DNA of 58,346 nt, counting the filler, from Bipalium vagum (lineage: Eukaryota), in NCBI GenBank assembly GCA_037834085.1. It is 3 parts of 3 records of this genome, joined end to end, with 100 filler letters (N's around TTAATTAATTAA, not from the genome) between each part and the next. Parts side by side here need not be neighbours in the genome. Positions count along the whole stretch, not along the records: positions 42,384 to 58,346 come from JBBMKC010135658.1; 2 more parts are not named here. One strand, given 5' to 3'. Numbering within the stretch: position 1 is the first letter of the stretch; the number at the start of each line of letters is the position of its first letter. Positions 55,590 to 58,346 of the stretch are shown piece by piece. The notes beneath the pieces are model-generated. The model was given only the letters and a program-made list of their open reading frames with translations. It was not told the origin of the DNA and made no database searches. The translations under genes were made by a program, and so were the position numbers.

Positions 55590-55720
55590 AACATTACTCT
55601 TTAAGAGAAAAACCTCTACAAAATTATTAATAAGAGAAAATCAGTTACGGCAATGTCTGGTAAATAGGTCTGGTGCTCCATAATTTCCCAGCCAAGCTTA
55701 TTTACTGTGTCCTTGGTAAA
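55590..55720 (-). mobile_element. Mariner remnant next to the 3' end of the R2-like element
   Basis: VNKLGWEIMEHQTYLPDIAVTDF. Confidence 0.6.
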
Positions 55721-55740
55721 GAAAATAACATAAAACTTAC

Positions 55741-57055
55741 TTAACTTACGTGCCTCGGGGGTATACATATTGACCAGGTCCCCTTTCCTACCTCAGGTTC
55801 CTCCCCAGTCCGACCACCGGATACCTGTACACTTTTCTGAGATACCTGAGACTGAGATTCGAGCCCTATGTATGGCTGTTACTAAGGACATCCGTACGGC
55901 CACACACTCAGCCCGTTGCACGTCGACCAGATCCGGATACGGCATGCCTAAACGGAATCATTACAGCAGAGCCCTCCAAAGACATCACAGTCATCATTAC
56001 CTTCAGGTCCAAGAGCGCGAACCCGAGTTCCTTGAGCAATAACCATGTAGTAAAACACCAAGCCCCCTCTAATTGAGTTTTATACCTGCTAAAACGGCTG
56101 CACTAGTCCCGTCGGGGTCTACATACCGATGTACCGCGCTTATATCATATTTACGGCCCTTGATTTTATTAGTTTCCTCCAAGTTTACGAAACTTCAGTC
56201 GCTCACAATCTGGGCATCTAAAACCAGAGGAGGAACACTGTCCTTAAAGGCTACGATATCTGGCTTTAGAAAACTGCTGTTATAGGGGATTTTCGGTTCG
56301 ACCTCGACCCAAGATTGGAGTTACCTCTATCTATTCCTCAGCTTACCCGCCTTACTATAAGACGCTACTAACACTACAGCATGTTGTTCAACTACCTCGA
56401 TCAACTTACTGCGATCTAAGATCACCTCTTCGAGTAGCTTTTCACTCCACATATCTTAATCGATCGTAGGAATTCCAAGAATCCCGCATCCGTCGTCCAC
56501 TTGCCGTCTAATAACTCTAGACCTCTAGGTAAGATATCAGAGTCTTCGCGCTCCTCGCAAGCCAGGTTTCTCTTCCTTCTCTCCTCAGTCCGCAAATCAC
56601 AAATCGCTTTCTCCAAAGCAACTTGGTAATCGGATTCCTTTCGGTAATGCGTAATGCACTTTCCAGTCCTGTCACAAATCCGTCCAAGCATCTCCGAAGT
56701 GAAAACCTGAACGCCTTTTACTTTCAAAGGTAAAAAAAAATGCCTCAGCCTGAATAAAGCCGGAAATCTCGTCTTTCGTGACGTTTCTCCTCTTCACAAC
56801 TTTATCCTTCATTGCCGGCGGAGATGACACGACCCCTGGTAAGATGCCCGCATCACCAAAAATTGGGTCGGAGTTCAGAGGATCTAATTTCAACGGTTAT
56901 TCCGACGTTGTTTTAATCATGTCCTTTTCCTGCTTACTGTGCCATCTCATATTGACAGTCGAACTCCTCTGGTTTTTGCAAACCTTCGGGCAGATCGTGC
57001 ACCGAGCATCGTCTTCGCGCAACGCATCTGGCTCGTCTTTGCCTTGAGAGCCCAT
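55741..57055 (-). mobile_element. R2-clade non-LTR retrotransposon derivative: zinc finger, Myb and RLE, with RT deleted; pseudogenised
   Basis: GC-richer island. CTICPKVCKNQRSSTVNMRWH (C2H2-like), KRRNVTKDEI...AEA...DRTGKCITHYRKESDYQVAL (R2 Myb-like), then EPKIPYNSSFLKPDIV...VLDAQIVSD...KGRKY...N*RG...LLKELG (PD-D RLE). Contains stops and frameshifts. Confidence 0.82.
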
Positions 57056-57959
57056 GAATGCTAGCTAATTATTTAGTTTCGAGCTTTTCATAAATTGCAC
57101 GAAGTTGTGTACCCAACTGAAGCCGACTACGTAAGCCAGTGGGAATGAATAACTAAATTTACCAACAAACCGAAGTATACAAGATTTTGAGATATTTTAG
57201 ACGGCAGATAGAAAACTGAGTTTAGTTGTCATTGGGGATGTCAAAATTCAAATGTTTCGGGATTCTGTAACTATAACTGGGCGTCTGTGACTATATTTAG
57301 TGAAAAGTAATGGAACAAATGTTGAAGAACACAACTATCAATGAGTGATATTGAATTGAATAGTGTTTTTCACGAGTAAAGAAAGGCCACTCGAATTGTT
57401 TATCGCTTTCTTTGCAAAGAACAAAAAGATAAATAAAGGCAAAATAATTGTTGTTAGAAAATTAAAACCAAATTTTGTTGGAGAGGTAGATACCATGAAA
57501 CTTTTTGGAATGAAATTATGTTATTCCAGTAACACTGAAGATACTGATGTATCAAATCAATTTAATGATTAAGAGAAAACGAAGCTAACAATGGAATATT
57601 TAAAAATATCAATAGTGTGCGATTGCATAAATTGTTGCATAGATACGGGAAAATATTGATGACATCAACATTTGATATAGGTCACACTATGTTAGTTCAG
57701 CATTATATAATAGTATGAGCTTTACCCAATACACAACAACAAAGAAGACATCCAATGCATCTGGAATCAAAAATAGATTTGTATCACTACATCAACTTGA
57801 ATTGAATGTTTCTAGGGGTAAAAACCTAAGAGGAATTGAATGACTGAAGAAATGGCCACAGTCTTGTCGAAGAGGGAGTTATGATGTTTGAAATTTGTTT
57901 TAATTGGTAAATATTTTTGATTACCGTGTTTTTTTTTAAATGAATCTTAAATAAGATTC

Positions 57960-58240
57960 TACTTATTCAAATTATTCTCCATTTTCAGGCAGTTTTATTA
58001 TTCCTCGGCAATAAAATATGGCATTCTTTGAATCAAAGAACTCTCGTAGAGAATTGTGCATTTCATCAACGCTTTCAAGTAATTTCCTTTTGAAATGTTG
58101 CAAGAAACGAAATAAGTAAAAAAAAATTGTACACCAAGTAATATTAGATTTGATGACTAGAGCAGTATACGTTAGCCTTACATAAAAAGGTGGACATTTA
58201 GGATATAAATCAGATTCTATAGAATCTTCGAAAAATACTC
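57960..58240 (-). mobile_element. Mariner 3' remnant
   Basis: LFRFLQHF, EFFDSK and FYCRGIIKLPE. Confidence 0.55.
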
Positions 58241-58283
58241 AATTTCAAATATAATTTTCAAAATCTACGATATCATAATAACC

Positions 58284-58284
<1 letters not shown>

Positions 58285-58346
<62 letters not shown>
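58285..58346. repeat. (AAT)n microsatellite at the window end
   Basis: About 20 perfect AAT units. Confidence 0.95.

Noticed and set aside
55770-56285. Plus-strand ORFs in the GC-rich island, and the ORFs at 12907 and 54132
   Set aside because: Shadow ORFs of the R2-like element or of the tRNA-like units.
57056-57200. HDV-like ribozyme at the 5' end of the R2-like element
   Set aside because: No convincing nested pseudoknot was visible by eye; a structure-based motif search is needed.
57360-57880. LINE RT remnants (also 40750-41000) as the missing R2 RT
   Set aside because: Only faint RTE-like motifs; the 57.4-kb piece is on the opposite strand to the R2-like element and neither is contiguous with it.

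Overview
Very AT-rich metazoan (invertebrate) nuclear DNA with GT-AG introns. A dominant intron class of about 43-51 nt coexists with kb-sized, transposon-filled introns. Two artificial 100-nt spacers (N44-TTAATTAATTAA-N44) split the window into three segments. Manual phase-consistent splicing recovers a RhoGAP gene (+, 2.7-7.2 kb), a highly divergent adhesion-type GPCR (GAIN/GPS plus 7TM; +, 8.8-18.2 kb), a complete 193-aa Shisa-like/WBP1-type single-pass protein (-, 30.4-40.4 kb), the T1 exon of a Shaw/Kv3 potassium channel (-, 43.5 kb) and two unidentified spliced genes. Most of the rest is decayed DNA transposons: several mariner subfamilies, Tc1, DD41D/rosa, hAT-like elements and MITEs. 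The best finding is a 360-bp miniature LTR retroelement (54007-54366) whose two ~115-bp LTRs are each essentially a tRNA-Ala-derived Pol III unit inside a hairpin, with a tRNA-Arg-type PBS, a PPT and a perfect 5-bp TSD. A third copy of the tRNA unit is nested in a MITE in a GPCR intron. An R2-like element (55741-57055) keeps its zinc finger, Myb and RLE endonuclease but has lost its whole reverse transcriptase and lies outside rDNA. All family assignments rest on motif recognition by eye; no database search was run.
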